NCBI GenBank assembly: GCA_965645245.1
Contig: OZ287070.1
Span: 186,001-250,000 of the forward strand
Direction of reading: 5' to 3'
Source of the DNA: Massalongia carnosa
Lineage: Eukaryota
Length of the DNA: 64,000 bases
Both the position numbers and the translations under genes were made by a program. The notes under the pieces are model-generated. The model saw only the letters and a program-made list of their open reading frames with translations, searched no databases and was not told where the DNA came from. Every line of letters starts with the position of its first letter. Position 1 is the first letter of the stretch. Shown here in pieces: positions 48,732 to 60,868 of this stretch.

Positions 48732-49639
48732 GATTAAGGTTGTTTTTGAGAAATAAAACTGTGGTAAAGTTCGGAATGCTATCAGGAGGCAGATGGGACG
48801 AGGAGAACGATAGAACTTAGTTAGGAAGCTTTCAAATAAGGAGTTATTCGAGCCTTTTATACTCAACGTTGGAGCCTAATAACAGCAATGAATGTTGGTC
48901 GCCAATCCAAGCTTCTATGCTAATGTGCTTATGTGCTTATGGTCACACATAGTCCTTCACAAGTAGTCATTGTTCAATATGAAATAAAGTCCGTTTTTCT
49001 GTCCAAAGGCAAGTAAAAGACATATCAACGCATCCTGATCGCTAAAAGTATAATTATGAGCTGATTGCTTATGTTCAACGTAGTGCTTCACAAGTGGTCA
49101 TCATTTAATATGGAATAAAGTCGTTTTTCGTGCATATGCGACGGATCCGCCGCGTAAGTCTATCTATCCTCAAACCTGGATTATTCTCCAATAGATCGAA
49201 GGGGTTTTGCAAGGAATGGACGCGAGGTAGCCTAGGGTGGTAATCGGACTCGGATAGTAAGTTTTCGAGTACGGACCGACCGGATACTAGTTCGGATAGT
49301 CCTATAGTGATTTAGTAATCGTTTGAATCTATCTATATTTGAGAAAAGAAGTTTGACTTCCCGATGCGGTCAACTCCAACCCGCAGAAGTCTTCTTTATA
49401 GAACTGAATCATACAAAATACTCGGGTTAGTGATTGGACGCTACTCGCTAATCAGAAGATACGAAAGCCTGAATCAGACGTGAATCAAATGAAGAAGTCG
49501 ATAGAGGCTGAGAAGGTTGTTCCTGAAGATATGGCATATATAATGATGAATGAATGGAAAGATCACGTGAACGATCAGAAGAATGTTCTTGATGTTCGGG
49601 CGGGACATGCAAGCGATAAAATTTAATTACTCCTGTATT

Positions 49640-50265
49640 CCACAAAATTTTTCTTATCCGAATCCCCCCTATTTTCTCACCCGCATCCCCATACTTTGTT
49701 ATTCGCATCCCTCCTATTTTCTTACTCGCATTCCCTTCATTTTCTTACTCGCATTCCCTCCATTCCCTTACTCGCATCCTTCCCGTTTTCTTTTGATTCT
49801 GAGCATAAACTTTCGTAGTACTGTATTTAGATATCTTATTGATTGATCAGATGCGTGCAATGGCTGATGAGACTATTCAGAAGCGAAAGAAAATAGGGGT
49901 TATGAGAGTAAGAGAATAGGGAAGATTATTACGATCGGTACGCAAAAGTCCTATTCATGTGGTGAAACTGCACTTTATTATGGACTATATTACATGATAG
50001 TCGGACACGAAGAGAGAAGCATTGCTTGCTTGGAGAGATTTCTCATATGTTTTCTGAATGGCGTTCTAAGCTAAATGCGGTTAGACCGCGGGAGCGCGGA
50101 AGAATGATTAGTTATTCGAACTGATCCGTAAGATCGAAGTTCACCTACCGAAATCGTAGATAGACGTTCAAGGAGCCTTTACGGGCTTAGTTTACATCAT
50201 GACGGATTGCGGGTAAGAAAATCAAAGAGGATTGCGAGTAAGAAATGAGTAAGATGCGGGTAATC
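49640..50265. repeat. Degenerate element with inverted clusters of CTTACTCGCAT-like motifs
   Basis: Several ttcttactcgcat(t/c)cc motifs at 49650-49790; reverse-complement motifs near 49900 and 50205-50262. Confidence 0.5.
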
Positions 50266-50576
50266 GTGTCAAGAAACTAGTAATTGAAGCGAGTCGCCTA
50301 CTAGTGTCCAGCAGCTCAGTGACGCATTCAGCCTGCTGACGCATATTTCCCTAATTAGCAGTATATAATAGCCATGTAGACAGATCTCAATAGAACACAC
50401 CTTTATGCAGTCTTCTCTCCTCCCTACCTGATATACCATTTAACTATACGAAATAATTGTTCAAGTTAAAAGGAGTATCTCATCGCAGGTGATCGCATTG
50501 ACCATATTGTCTAGTTACACAGTAAGGGGTTCATTGAAATTTTCTCTCCGTGTTTAATGAATCGGCTTAGCGCTGA

Positions 50577-53370
50577 TTAAGCTCCCCCTAACATGTACAC
50601 GTATCCCAGGATCGATTTCCTTTCCAGTCTGTCGGCCGCATAGTCTGAGTCGGAGTATCCGCCGAGGTTCTGATTCCCCCTAGTCCCGTATAGTATGCCG
50701 AGATCGATGGTGGATCGTACGTATCTAAGGAGCGCTTTGAGAGCGTGACCGTAATGGATGGCAGGATCGCTCAGATATTGGCTTAGTCTCCCGAGAGCAA
50801 ACGCTATATCCGGACGCGTATGAATTGCTGCGTACATGAGGCTTCCAACGATCTGTTGATACTCTCTTTGATCTATGCGCTCGTCGTCTTGTCCAGCTGG
50901 TCGTAGCGAATCGTAGCGGTTCATGGGAATTTCGGTAGGCCTATGCTTGTCAGCGCTCATGTGTGTTCGCTCCATCACATCTTTGAGGTAGTGCGTTTGA
51001 TCCAATCGCAGTGTGCGATTCTTGCGGTCGCGGGTGACTCGAATGCCGAGAACCTTTGAGGCTTCTCCCAAATCCTTAATGCTGACGGCATTGTTGAACT
51101 CCCTTTTGAACCAGTCGATGTCTTTCATTATCTTGGCGGCTATCACTAAGTCATCTACGTGCATGAATATAATGGCATTTCTGGTGAGGTGAGTGAAGAG
51201 GCATGGGTCGGATGAACATTGTTCGAATTCCAGTTTGATCAGTTCATTAGTGCAGCGATTATGCCACTCTCGGGCGGATTGCTTTAGACCATACAAGCTT
51301 TGCAGTATCTGAAGAGCTCTGCCAGGGGCGACCCTGACTCCTTCTGGTGCAGTCATGTAGATAGTATCATTTAGAGATGATTGGGTGAATGCATTGTTCA
51401 CGTCTACCTGATGGCATTCCAAATCTTCCAAGGCTACTATGGCGAGTACTGCGCGCAGGGTGTCTGATCTCACCGTAGGAGCGAAAGTGTCCTCATAGTC
51501 GATGCCGTATTTCTGGGTGAATCCGCGGGCGACTCCGTTTTGAATGGACATGTGAGGTACGGTGTATTGTGGGATGATACCAATTGAGGCACACCATTCG
51601 TCCAATGTGGCCTTCAATTTGGTGGCCTTCAATTCGGTGGCATTATCGCTTCGCACGGCCAGCAATCTTTGCGCACTTTGCAGCTCGACCTTTAGTCTCC
51701 ACTTCCGTAATTCTCCTGGTGCTTCTTCTCGTTTCTTAAGCGGGATGGACCATATCTTTCTGGAGTAGTTGTCTACGTTTTCCAGGAAGTAGGTGTATCC
51801 TTCTTGAGCGGCAGGTAGGGGACCGCAGATGTCAATCGAGACCAATGCTAGTAAGGAAGTCTTTCGCTCGGTTGCCTTGCCTTTCCTATTGGTGAGTTTG
51901 GTGAGAGCGCATACCTCGCAGGCATATTCCTCGTTGCTAATTGGAATCGGCTTTTCTAGAGTGGTTACCTTGTGCAGGTTGCGCAGCTTTTCTCGACCCA
52001 GATGAGCGAATCTTCGATGCCATAGCCTGTATGTTTCGGAAGTCTTGTTGGGGGCGGGCGTGGACGTTGTTTCGATATCCATGGAAGTTGGCAAATCCGC
52101 GCCGCGCGGCTATGACCTATCTGGGGAAGATAATGGTACCTGGTGGTTCTCTTTGCTTGGAAGGGCAATATCATGATGCATGGATGCGGTTAAAGCAAAT
52201 TCATCGAGATCTTTTGCTATTCTCTCGACGATATATACTCCCCCTCGCTGCCGTGCTTCTAAGATCTCTTTGCCCTGCTTATCGTGCATGCGTAACCCGT
52301 GCTGATTGAAACTTCCAACGAGATTCTCGCACATTCGCTTGCCAGATAAAAGATTGACCCCCAACTTTGGGACGTAAAGAAAAGAAGAAAGAAATCCCTT
52401 ATTACCGTACTTGTCCTGTATCACACATTTGCCGCGACGATCGGCATATAGCTCTCCTCCGCCGACCTTTATTCTTCGTCTCTTGATTCTGGTCAGAGGT
52501 TCACTGAATAAATGAAGTGCGTCAGTCATGTGAGATGATGCGCCAGAGTCAGCTACCCATTTTGATCTGGGGATCTTACTGACTGCTTCCCCAGAGAGAG
52601 CTGCAGTTTCCTCAAGATCATCGAGATCATCATCATCGTAGCAGGGTGTGAAGTCTTCTTCTTCTTCATCCTCCTTTTCTGACTCACCGGCGAGATAACT
52701 CCGATGGCGTTTGGTGGGTTTCTTGCCCTTGCCGGACTTCTTCTTTCTTGCCAGACCTATGGCGTACAGCCGGACGCTCTCTAGGAATTCACAGTCCCTT
52801 ATCCGATGGGATTCGTCTCCGCAGATGTAACAGCCTCTTCTCACTTCCTTCTTGTTCTTCGTTTCTTTTCTTGAGTTCGTGGAGGTTTCGCGTTTGGGGT
52901 GTGCACTGTGACTTCTGAATGGATTGAATGGCCTTCGCTCTTGATTCTGCTTTGCAAGTAGGGCTTCTTCGGCCTTTGAGTGCGTTAACTGCATTTCCTT
53001 GTCTTCCAGTCTCTTTATGCCAATTTCGACATCTATTCCCCCGATTGCGTCGATGCCATCTCTGATGGCGGTGTATTCAGCAGGGAGGGATTGTAGAAGC
53101 AGTTGGAATAGTTGTTGAGCTGGAAATGCGTTTGCTAGCCTAGGCGTGGCTATGATGACTTTATCTCTTAACAATAGGAGTTCCCCCCATGCCTTCTGGA
53201 TGCTGGTGCTTTCGTCCATTTTATAGGTCACCAGCTCCTGAAGGTACTGTCTTCCCGATGTTGGAAGGATATTGTTATATTTAGAGAACAGTGAGGCCCA
53301 CTTTTGTGCCGCTGTCTTTAACGCCCTTACGCGTTCTTGGTCAAATTGACCTAGGCAGATAGTAGTAATT
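50577..53370 (-). mobile_element. Truncated, internally deleted Copia of the same family as 37258-42463
   Basis: Clear protein similarity across gag-PR-IN-RT; integrase core fused directly to RT; no LTRs. Confidence 0.9.
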
Positions 53371-56300
53371 CGGCTAGGGCGAAAAGTAATGCCGGGACCG
53401 AGTGGAGGCAGGCCGTGGATAGCCAACGAAGGCCGAAGGCCGAAGGAGGATGATGTCCAAATAGTTGGACAAGGAGGGGAGAGAAAGGGCATAAATAGGT
53501 GGCCTTTTGGCACTCTTCTCCTCATCATCACCATTGATTCGGAGTTCAGCACCAAAAGGTCTTTTGAAAGTCTTTCCCGAATTAAAAATATCTGTCAATC
53601 ACCCACCCTCAACCCCATCATTCTAAATCACCTCCATTTCTCATCCTATATTACCTCCCACACTGAGCCCATCATGCCTTCCCATCGCCCTCAAAGAATC
53701 ACCAAGCCTTCCGCCCGCTCCGGAAACACCTCCGGGCCTGGTCAACGTCTCACTCGTTCCACCCGACCCCCTGGGGGAGGGGCCATAGTTCCAGAAACAC
53801 AGCCTCCTCCGAAACACTCAAGGTTCGGAAGGAACACTTCGGGGCGATGTGATAGACGTCCACCGAACACCGGAACCAACCCCGAACCTGCTGTTGGACC
53901 TCAGGGCTCAGCAGGAGGCCATGGCGACAGCCCTCAGGCAGGAGACCCGTCACCTTCAAAGGCAAATCGCCGAAAACTTGACGGCTATTCAGCGCATAAG
54001 GGAAGGAAACACAGTCCCGAGGGTAGGCAGGAAGCACACACTCCCCACCCGAACCAGCTACTGCCTGCTGAAACTGAAGGTACGGATCTATGTCTCCTTC
54101 CTCTAATTATCGAGTATCCCGCCATAAACAGCATTTATTTCCGACAAATTTTGAACAACAAATTCGATCCCATAAATATTTCCAAGCTCTGCACCGATGT
54201 AGTCTTAATCAAACCAACTGTCAAACGAGTGAACCTGGCCAAAGGATACGAATTAATACAAAAAGAAGACGATGCGTCACCAGGAGACATCAAGGGACTA
54301 CCTCACCTGATTCGCTGCCTCGGGGTGTATTGGCAGGTTTTGCTTCATTCGGCACCATCCGGAATAAAAGACAGCCTTTGTAGGGCCTTTCAAATCTATC
54401 AGGACCGCTTGTTGTTACATTACACCATCTACACTTGGGAGTCAGTACGAGTGTTTCATATAATCTTCCACAGGGGTCTGGTGTACCAGGGAGTGAACGA
54501 CCCGGCCGGATGGAGGAGAAGCGACACCACCGTCGAAAACATGTACCTTACTCGACGGACACCTAACTTGTCCATGACGGGAGGTACCACCAAGCTGCAC
54601 CCGGGATCATTTCCGGTAGGCGGCTCCATTGAACCAAAGCCTATGTCCTGCAATCGATACAACGCAGGGCGGGAATGCAAGGACTGCAGGTACCCTCACG
54701 TCTGCAGTCTCTGTTTCGGCCATCACACAAAAAACAACTGCCCCAAGGCACATATCAGCAACCCAAATTTCATGTCAACAGGTAGACGAGATTGACTAGC
54801 CGGCCCATTTGATCATATCGCCGAAGGGTTCCCCTATCCGCTGATAGATAAATCAGCAATCGTGCCCTCAGGGCCTCTAAGAAAAGAAGGCTGGGAACTT
54901 CACCTCATGGGTCATCCGGACAAAATTTACAAACAGATCATTCACGATATAATCGTGTACGGGGCCAAAATTGGTTACACCGGCCCAGATCAGTTCATTC
55001 TAAGCAGCAACCTGGCCTCGGCCAATGAGGCGCCAGAAATTCTGACCATGGACGTAGAGGACCAAAGGGCCAAAAACCGATTGATCGAGGTGCCCACCCT
55101 ACCAGCCAAATATATATGCTCCCCCTTAGGCCTGGTCCCCATAGCAAACGGAGGATGGCGCCGTATTCATCACCTCTCCCACCCCGAGGGTAATTCGGTG
55201 AACGACTTCATTCCCGAGGAATGGGGCACTCTGGAATATATCACTTTCGACGAAGCCCTCGCCGGCGTCAGAAGAATGGGCAAGGACTGCGTACTGATCA
55301 AACGAGATCTAGCCGATGCCTTTCGGCACGTTCCAGTGGCGCAAAGCGATTGGTGGTTGCTGGGTTTTTGTTGGAACGGGGTTTACTGGATAGAACGCTT
55401 TCTTCCATTCGGCCTCAGGACGTATCCCTTCTTGTTTGACTTATTCGCGAAAGGTCTGAACTGGATGATGATTAATAAAACAAATGGCGAACTTATTCAC
55501 TACTTGGACGATTTTCTCGGAATCGTTCGCGCTATTCCCGATGCGGTATCCTTCGATCGGAACTTTGCCGAAATTTGTTCAGACCTCGGCCTAAAAATCA
55601 ATGAAAAGAAAAATAAACAAGGCACGGTAGTCGAATTCCTGGGCATAGAGCTGGACACACACCTGATGCACGACTACCGGCCGAAAAGCTTCAGAAAGCT
55701 AAGGATTTCGTCCAATCAACATTGAATAAATCCACGATAACCAGAAACGAGCTAGACACTCTGCTGGGATTTCTGTGCTTTGCAGCCAAAGTGGTGTTTC
55801 AACAGTAAAATCGGGCCCGCACGCCCATTTATTCATATCAATTCTCACATAAAAGCTGATTTTTTATGGTGGCATCATTTTCTTCCATTATGGAACGGCA
55901 TACACATTATTAGCCCTTCGAGACCCCTGCTCCGTCTCTGGACGGATGCCAGTGGGGACTTCGGAATCGGGGCATACATACTTCAAGGTGGTCAGACCAC
56001 ACACACATTGCCCGCTGAGCAAGTGGTTTCTGAACGTTATACCACCAGGCTCAGAGCCAAAAATATCAATGAGAAGGAGATGACAGCGATTCTGCACTCC
56101 ATACGGCGGTGGCTCCCCATGTGCAAGGGAGCTCATCTTCTTCTTTATTGCGACAGCTTTGCTGTAATGTCCGGGGTCAAAAAGACCTCCATTCGGGGCG
56201 GGGCCATGCATCCCCTCCGGAATATCGCCATGATGGCGGCAATATATGAAATTGAGATTGAACCACACTGGCTGTCTACCAAAGAAAATTTCTTAGCAGA

Positions 56301-56580
56301 TTGGTTGTCCCGAGGACTATTTGGAAAAATCGCTGACAATTACCCCAACCTGCAGGGCATTTCATCGAACAAATAACGGCGTCACTCGCCCGCGACCCTC
56401 CAGAGACTTGGTATAACGAGGTTCCGCTGGATCGCCGAGCAGCCAGATATTTATGGTGGGGCATAGCAATTAGGACTCGAGGGCTATACGAAGCAGCCCG
56501 GAAAAGCTACACGACCCACTGTCAATTGGCAACGAATTTCCCTCCCTTTCCAGCGACAATTCGAAGCCTTTCGGCATGGA
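53371..56580 (+). mobile_element. DIRS/Ngaro-type tyrosine-recombinase retrotransposon, 3'-truncated
   Basis: gag-like ORF; RT (DLADAFRH, LPFGLR, YLDDFLG); DIRS-type RNase H (WTDASG, INEKEM, ENFLADWLSR); start of an overlapping YR N-terminal region (RAARYLWWG..FPAT). Confidence 0.85.
53674..54795 (+). CDS. Ngaro-type gag-like protein with C-terminal zinc fingers
   Basis: Open frame ending CNRYNAGRECKDCRYPHVCSLCFGHHTKNNC directly upstream of the RT. Confidence 0.7.
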   Translation: MPSHRPQRITKPSARSGNTSGPGQRLTRSTRPPGGGAIVPETQPPPKHSRFGRNTSGRCDRRPPNTGTNPEPAVGPQGSAGGHGDSPQAGDPSPSKANRRKLDGYSAHKGRKHSPEGRQEAHTPHPNQLLPAETEGTDLCLLPLIIEYPAINSIYFRQILNNKFDPINISKLCTDVVLIKPTVKRVNLAKGYELIQKEDDASPGDIKGLPHLIRCLGVYWQVLLHSAPSGIKDSLCRAFQIYQDRLLLHYTIYTWESVRVFHIIFHRGLVYQGVNDPAGWRRSDTTVENMYLTRRTPNLSMTGGTTKLHPGSFPVGGSIEPKPMSCNRYNAGRECKDCRYPHVCSLCFGHHTKNNCPKAHISNPNFMSTGRRD

Positions 56581-57694
56581 GGCTATGTTCACCTTGGCTC
56601 CGTCGACCAACATGCCCTTGATCTGATTGAAAGCACCGTCATACTCTGCACTGTATTGACCTACGGTTTCAAAATCTCTCATCCTTTTTGCACTGACCCT
56701 CAAGATGACATCCGTGATGCTCATTGGTGCTACGTCCTGGAATCTAGTCTTCAGGGTTGCCCACATCTCGGCAGCAATTTTGTTGTTGATGAGGTTGAAA
56801 TGGCATGGCGCAACCAGTCCGTGTATGATTCCAATAGCCTTGGTCATCGCAGTCTTCTGTCTGTTCATGTCATCCCGAAGTTCTTTGACAAGGATGCTGG
56901 TAGTAAGACTGGCTTGACTGAAGCCTTAGTCGATGAGGCTCTGTCGGATGAAATCAAGTGTAATATCTGGTTGGGTCTCCAATATGGCTGTATCGCAGTT
57001 GTTCTTCAGCAGAACTCCTCTGGTGTAGCTAGCCCATGCCGAATAGTGCTCTGGCTTCTCTAGAAGATAGGACTTCTCTGTGGAACTGATGCCATCTGGG
57101 AGAGACATGATGGAAAGAGGTGTCTAAGTAAACTTCTGTGATTTTTTGATAAATATCTAAGTTTCTGAGGTAAACACGGAAGTAGGATGTACACTGGAAT
57201 GAATGGAGAAGATGGGGATACGTGGTCATTATACAGACAAACGATCCCTCTCTGCGACATCAAACTGTGTTGTTCCTTATTTGCCACAACGCTTTTACCC
57301 TCATGAAAGACTTTCATTCAGTGGTGGAATTTTCACTTGGTTGTGTGAAGATAGGGGCGTTCTGAACCATGGCTATACCGATCTATTTAACAGGCCGGGC
57401 CTGTTAAATGGAATAAGGTTTTTTCGAGGTCTGTAACTACCAATACCGAGACTTTGAGGCGTTCTGCTTATTGAAAGTCTGATTACTTCTTGGAACTGAA
57501 ATTTCCGAGGCCTGTCTCTGGGTCAAGATAGGTGATACAGCAGAAATCAGACCTTAAAAGATAGTTCAGATGGTCTGCCTCTGAGTCAAAGTTAGTTGAG
57601 TGAGTCAGACTGAGATCTGCCTCTGGGTCAACGTCAGTCAAATGATGATGCAGCAAGAATCAGAGTTTAGAAGTGATCTGTTCTTGGGTCACGA
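56581..57694 (-). mobile_element. Copia 5' fragment (partial LTR, leader, gag N-terminus)
   Basis: LEKPEHYSAW..AIGII..AEMWATLK gag-like motifs; LTR end (TGTTAAA on plus) at 57402. Confidence 0.65.
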
Positions 57695-59004
57695 GGTGCT
57701 TAGGGACAGTCCCCCCCCGACCGTCTCCCCCTCCCCCTCCCCCCCCTGTGTAAATCTTTGCTAGTAAACAGCCATTTCACTGCTGATTCAGGGTGCGTAC
57801 AAGCTAGTAATACAACTGCCAACAGCACATTAAACTCTTTTCGGTTTAAATCGTATGACGTGTTATTGCTACTTATAATTATCCTACTCGGCTAACGCTA
57901 TCTCTTTCGCAGGATTATCTCACGAATTTCTATCAACATCAAGAATTTCAATTCGTGCATGCATATACTACTAAACTCCCTAATTTAAGCGCACACAGCA
58001 CGCAGCGTTCAGAAGGTCTGCATTCATTGATTAAAAATGTGATCAATAGAAACACTCCTATAAGACAATCGGTGCAGAATATATGTGATGAGGTGCGGAA
58101 AAAACAATTAGATCAGGAGATTTTATGCAATCAACAGCGAATACGCAATCCTAGATTGATAGATAGAAATGCTTTTACGCTACTCATTGAGAAAATTACG
58201 CATCATGCCATTGGCCTCGTTTCAAGAGAACTCGATGCCGCCAAATCATTAGCTGAACGAATCCTTTCAATTTTTCCTGATGATGAAAGCTGTGTTTATG
58301 ATTGTGAATTGCCTTTAAGGCACGGTCTCCCATGCAAATGCTGATTGTATAAATGCATCATCGACTCGGTCCCTATTCCCGTTTCCCTCATCTGCCCCGG
58401 CTGGTTTTTTGATGGCCCACCTTATGCGGTCTCTTGACAAATGACCTTCGATCTCGCTCGCGGCTCGGAGCCCGAGATCGAAAAGATCGTCGATGAGGTC
58501 GAAGGGACGAGAGAGATTGAGGCGAATAAGGATGAGGTCGAGCTCGAAGAAGGCGTGTTGAGTGAGGATAGATTTCGCCGCGGGGGCCTTGATTTGCTAC
58601 ATTCTGTGGCATATCAATCTATTGACCTGCATCAATCAATAAAAGATTCTCAACGAAGGAAGGAGTACGCTCGCGAGCATGCTCACATCGTTGAAAAGTT
58701 CAATAAGAAATGGCAAAAGAAGGAGCTGATAAGACCTCACATCCCCATCACAGTCCCCGACGAAATTCGGCCCAAAGAAAACCTCATGTATAAGAAAGGA
58801 GGGAGTCGTCGACGTGCCTACACTGATCGCGAGGCAGCTGAGGCTAGAGAAACTAAACAGCGATGTACTAGGCGAAGGACTCTATTGAACAAGGGAGGAG
58901 GCTTAGATATAATAGATTGCGTGCTGGGGGCGACGATGAGGTTGAAGGTGAAACAGAAGATAAAACTCACGATGTTGCAAAGTTATTGCGCCCGGGTCGG
59001 CTAA
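57695..59004 (+). mobile_element. Internally deleted MULE (TIR joined to the 3' half of the transposase)
   Basis: 57695-57889 is the reverse complement of ~47612-47785; TQRSEGLH and LPCKC motifs follow. Confidence 0.82.
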
Positions 59005-59149
59005 TACTCTATTGGGTACAATAGGTTTAGGAGAAAACTTAGTTATGAAGAGAATCGAAAACGCGCCCCACCGAAATTAAACAATTTCAACTGTTACTAC
59101 TACAGCGTTTATTGAACTTCAGATGCTTTATTTAATAACCTGTCATTTT

Positions 59150-59440
59150 GCCTTCACCTGCTATTATTGCTCGAAGACGTTCAGGCGTTGTGGCTACTTT
59201 TTCGTTGACAAATCCCTACGAAACATGACTTCATTCCTCATAAATCAATTTCTTGATGAGTAGTAGTCTTTCTCGAAGAATTTTTCCGCAAATAATGATA
59301 ATCACGTTCTCGTCCGACGTCGAACACTCGAAAAACTTCCTCCTTGCAATACGGAATTCCCATTTCCCTACAGAATTCGACGACTCCTTACACTTTAGCT
59401 TTGATGGAAGTATCATAATGTTTTTGAAACTCATGCGACG
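59150..59440 (-). pseudogene. N-terminal fragment of a Tc1-like transposase related to 42464-46709
   Basis: Reads HYDTSIKAKV*GVVEFCREMGIPYCKEEVFRVF, compare HHPTPTRAKIQ..MKIPYFKEDVFRVF. Confidence 0.6.
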
Positions 59441-60868
59441 AAGAATTAGAAAGGTTGAATTGATTCATGATGAATTAATGAGGAATGGGGCAAGATTTTG
59501 GTGTGGCGTTTTTTTGTCATGCGCGTGGCTATGTACGAAGTCGCATGAAAAGAGCAATGACGTTTGCTTAGAGCACTCGCGACTGGGTCACTCACTATTC
59601 CACTTCAAACCTGGCGACTACATAGATAAGTTATTGGCCCCTTCGATTCTACTTTCCGCGCTCATTACGCAAGACCGTATAGTAACGTCCTGTTCGATGT
59701 AGCTTAGCTGACAGCGTTTACCTACAAATTATCTTGACTATAACGAGATAGTGTAGGCCTCTGCTAGGCCTGCACCGCATGTCGATTCTAGGAATTCGCT
59801 CACTCTAGCTGAAGTAGATACGTTGAGCTGAACCACTGCCCACACATCCACTCTGACCCTGGCTTATCGTACATGTGCTAGTCGTTTTGCCATAGCTGTG
59901 TCCTGAGATGGAGAAAGTCAATCATGCGCCATAGCATCTCTCGCACTTTTTGCGTCCTAGGCCAAGCTCTTCTTATAAAGGATACTTGAAAACTACAGGA
60001 TTGTTGGAGACGGTGATCCTAATGCAGGCGAGCGAGATCCAGTCATTATGACTATCGGAAACTTACGTTCAAGGTAGAAAGCGTTACGCTGTCGTCGATC
60101 TTCTCATGACTGACCAACTGCCAGCCAGCAGTAACGTTTTTATAGATCTGGACGACGAAGGTCAAGCATAGGTCAAGATAATCTTGCTTGCCCTCAAATT
60201 CATAAAAAGTAATCTTTGCAAAGTCTGTCGGCGCCTCGGTTTTGATCGAAGCGAAATCGGAATGTCGAGTTTCATATCTGTTCACCGTGAAAGGTTTTGG
60301 AAGCGTCAGAAAAGGATTCCTTTCCAAATCCTGGTTGATTTACCTACCGCTGCCAAAGCGCTAGAGCGCGACCATAATTTCTCTTCGTTAATAACTGAAG
60401 TTCTTTTTTTACTTCCTCTCCATTGATGATGTGATCTTTGTTCTTCTCGGAGTCTCTCAACCGGGCCCGCTCGAAAAGATTGTGAGCTGAGCTCTGAGTC
60501 GGCATTGGGGATTGAAACTAAGCAGCAGAAGAGAAGGAGATAAGGACGAAAAATTGAGAGGGGAGGGATCTTTCGATAATCGACAGAACTTTTGAAAATT
60601 GAGGTTGAAGACAGGTAATTAGGATAGGAGAGTAGCAGCGGGGGAAGAAAGGAGAAGGCAATATATAAAGACCTGACGGCGGAGCATCTCTCAACAAGGG
60701 GCGATCCCTTTTCCACATAGACCCGAGGGTGAAGGTGTGACCTCGCCTTATTTTATGCGTGTGTGGTTTCGGATGGTTCCCATTTCGGCGCCTCCGGGTC
60801 CCGAAGCTGGGCACATGCGAATTACCGTCTAAAGTTGACAAAAAAGATACGACAGGGCAACTGGTCAG

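Noticed and set aside
52110..53555. 481-aa ORF as one protein
   Set aside because: Chimeric: the first ~60 codons are antisense Ngaro terminal sequence read into Copia gag.
47612..57889. MULE inverted repeats flanking the secreted-protein gene as a Pack-MULE or composite element
   Set aside because: The TIR tips face the intervening DNA and the transposase bodies lie outside it, so these are two back-to-back 5' ends; no TSD.
59750..60850. Short ORFs (60052-60327, 60306-60716) as a gene
   Set aside because: No recognisable motif or consistent exon structure; left unannotated.
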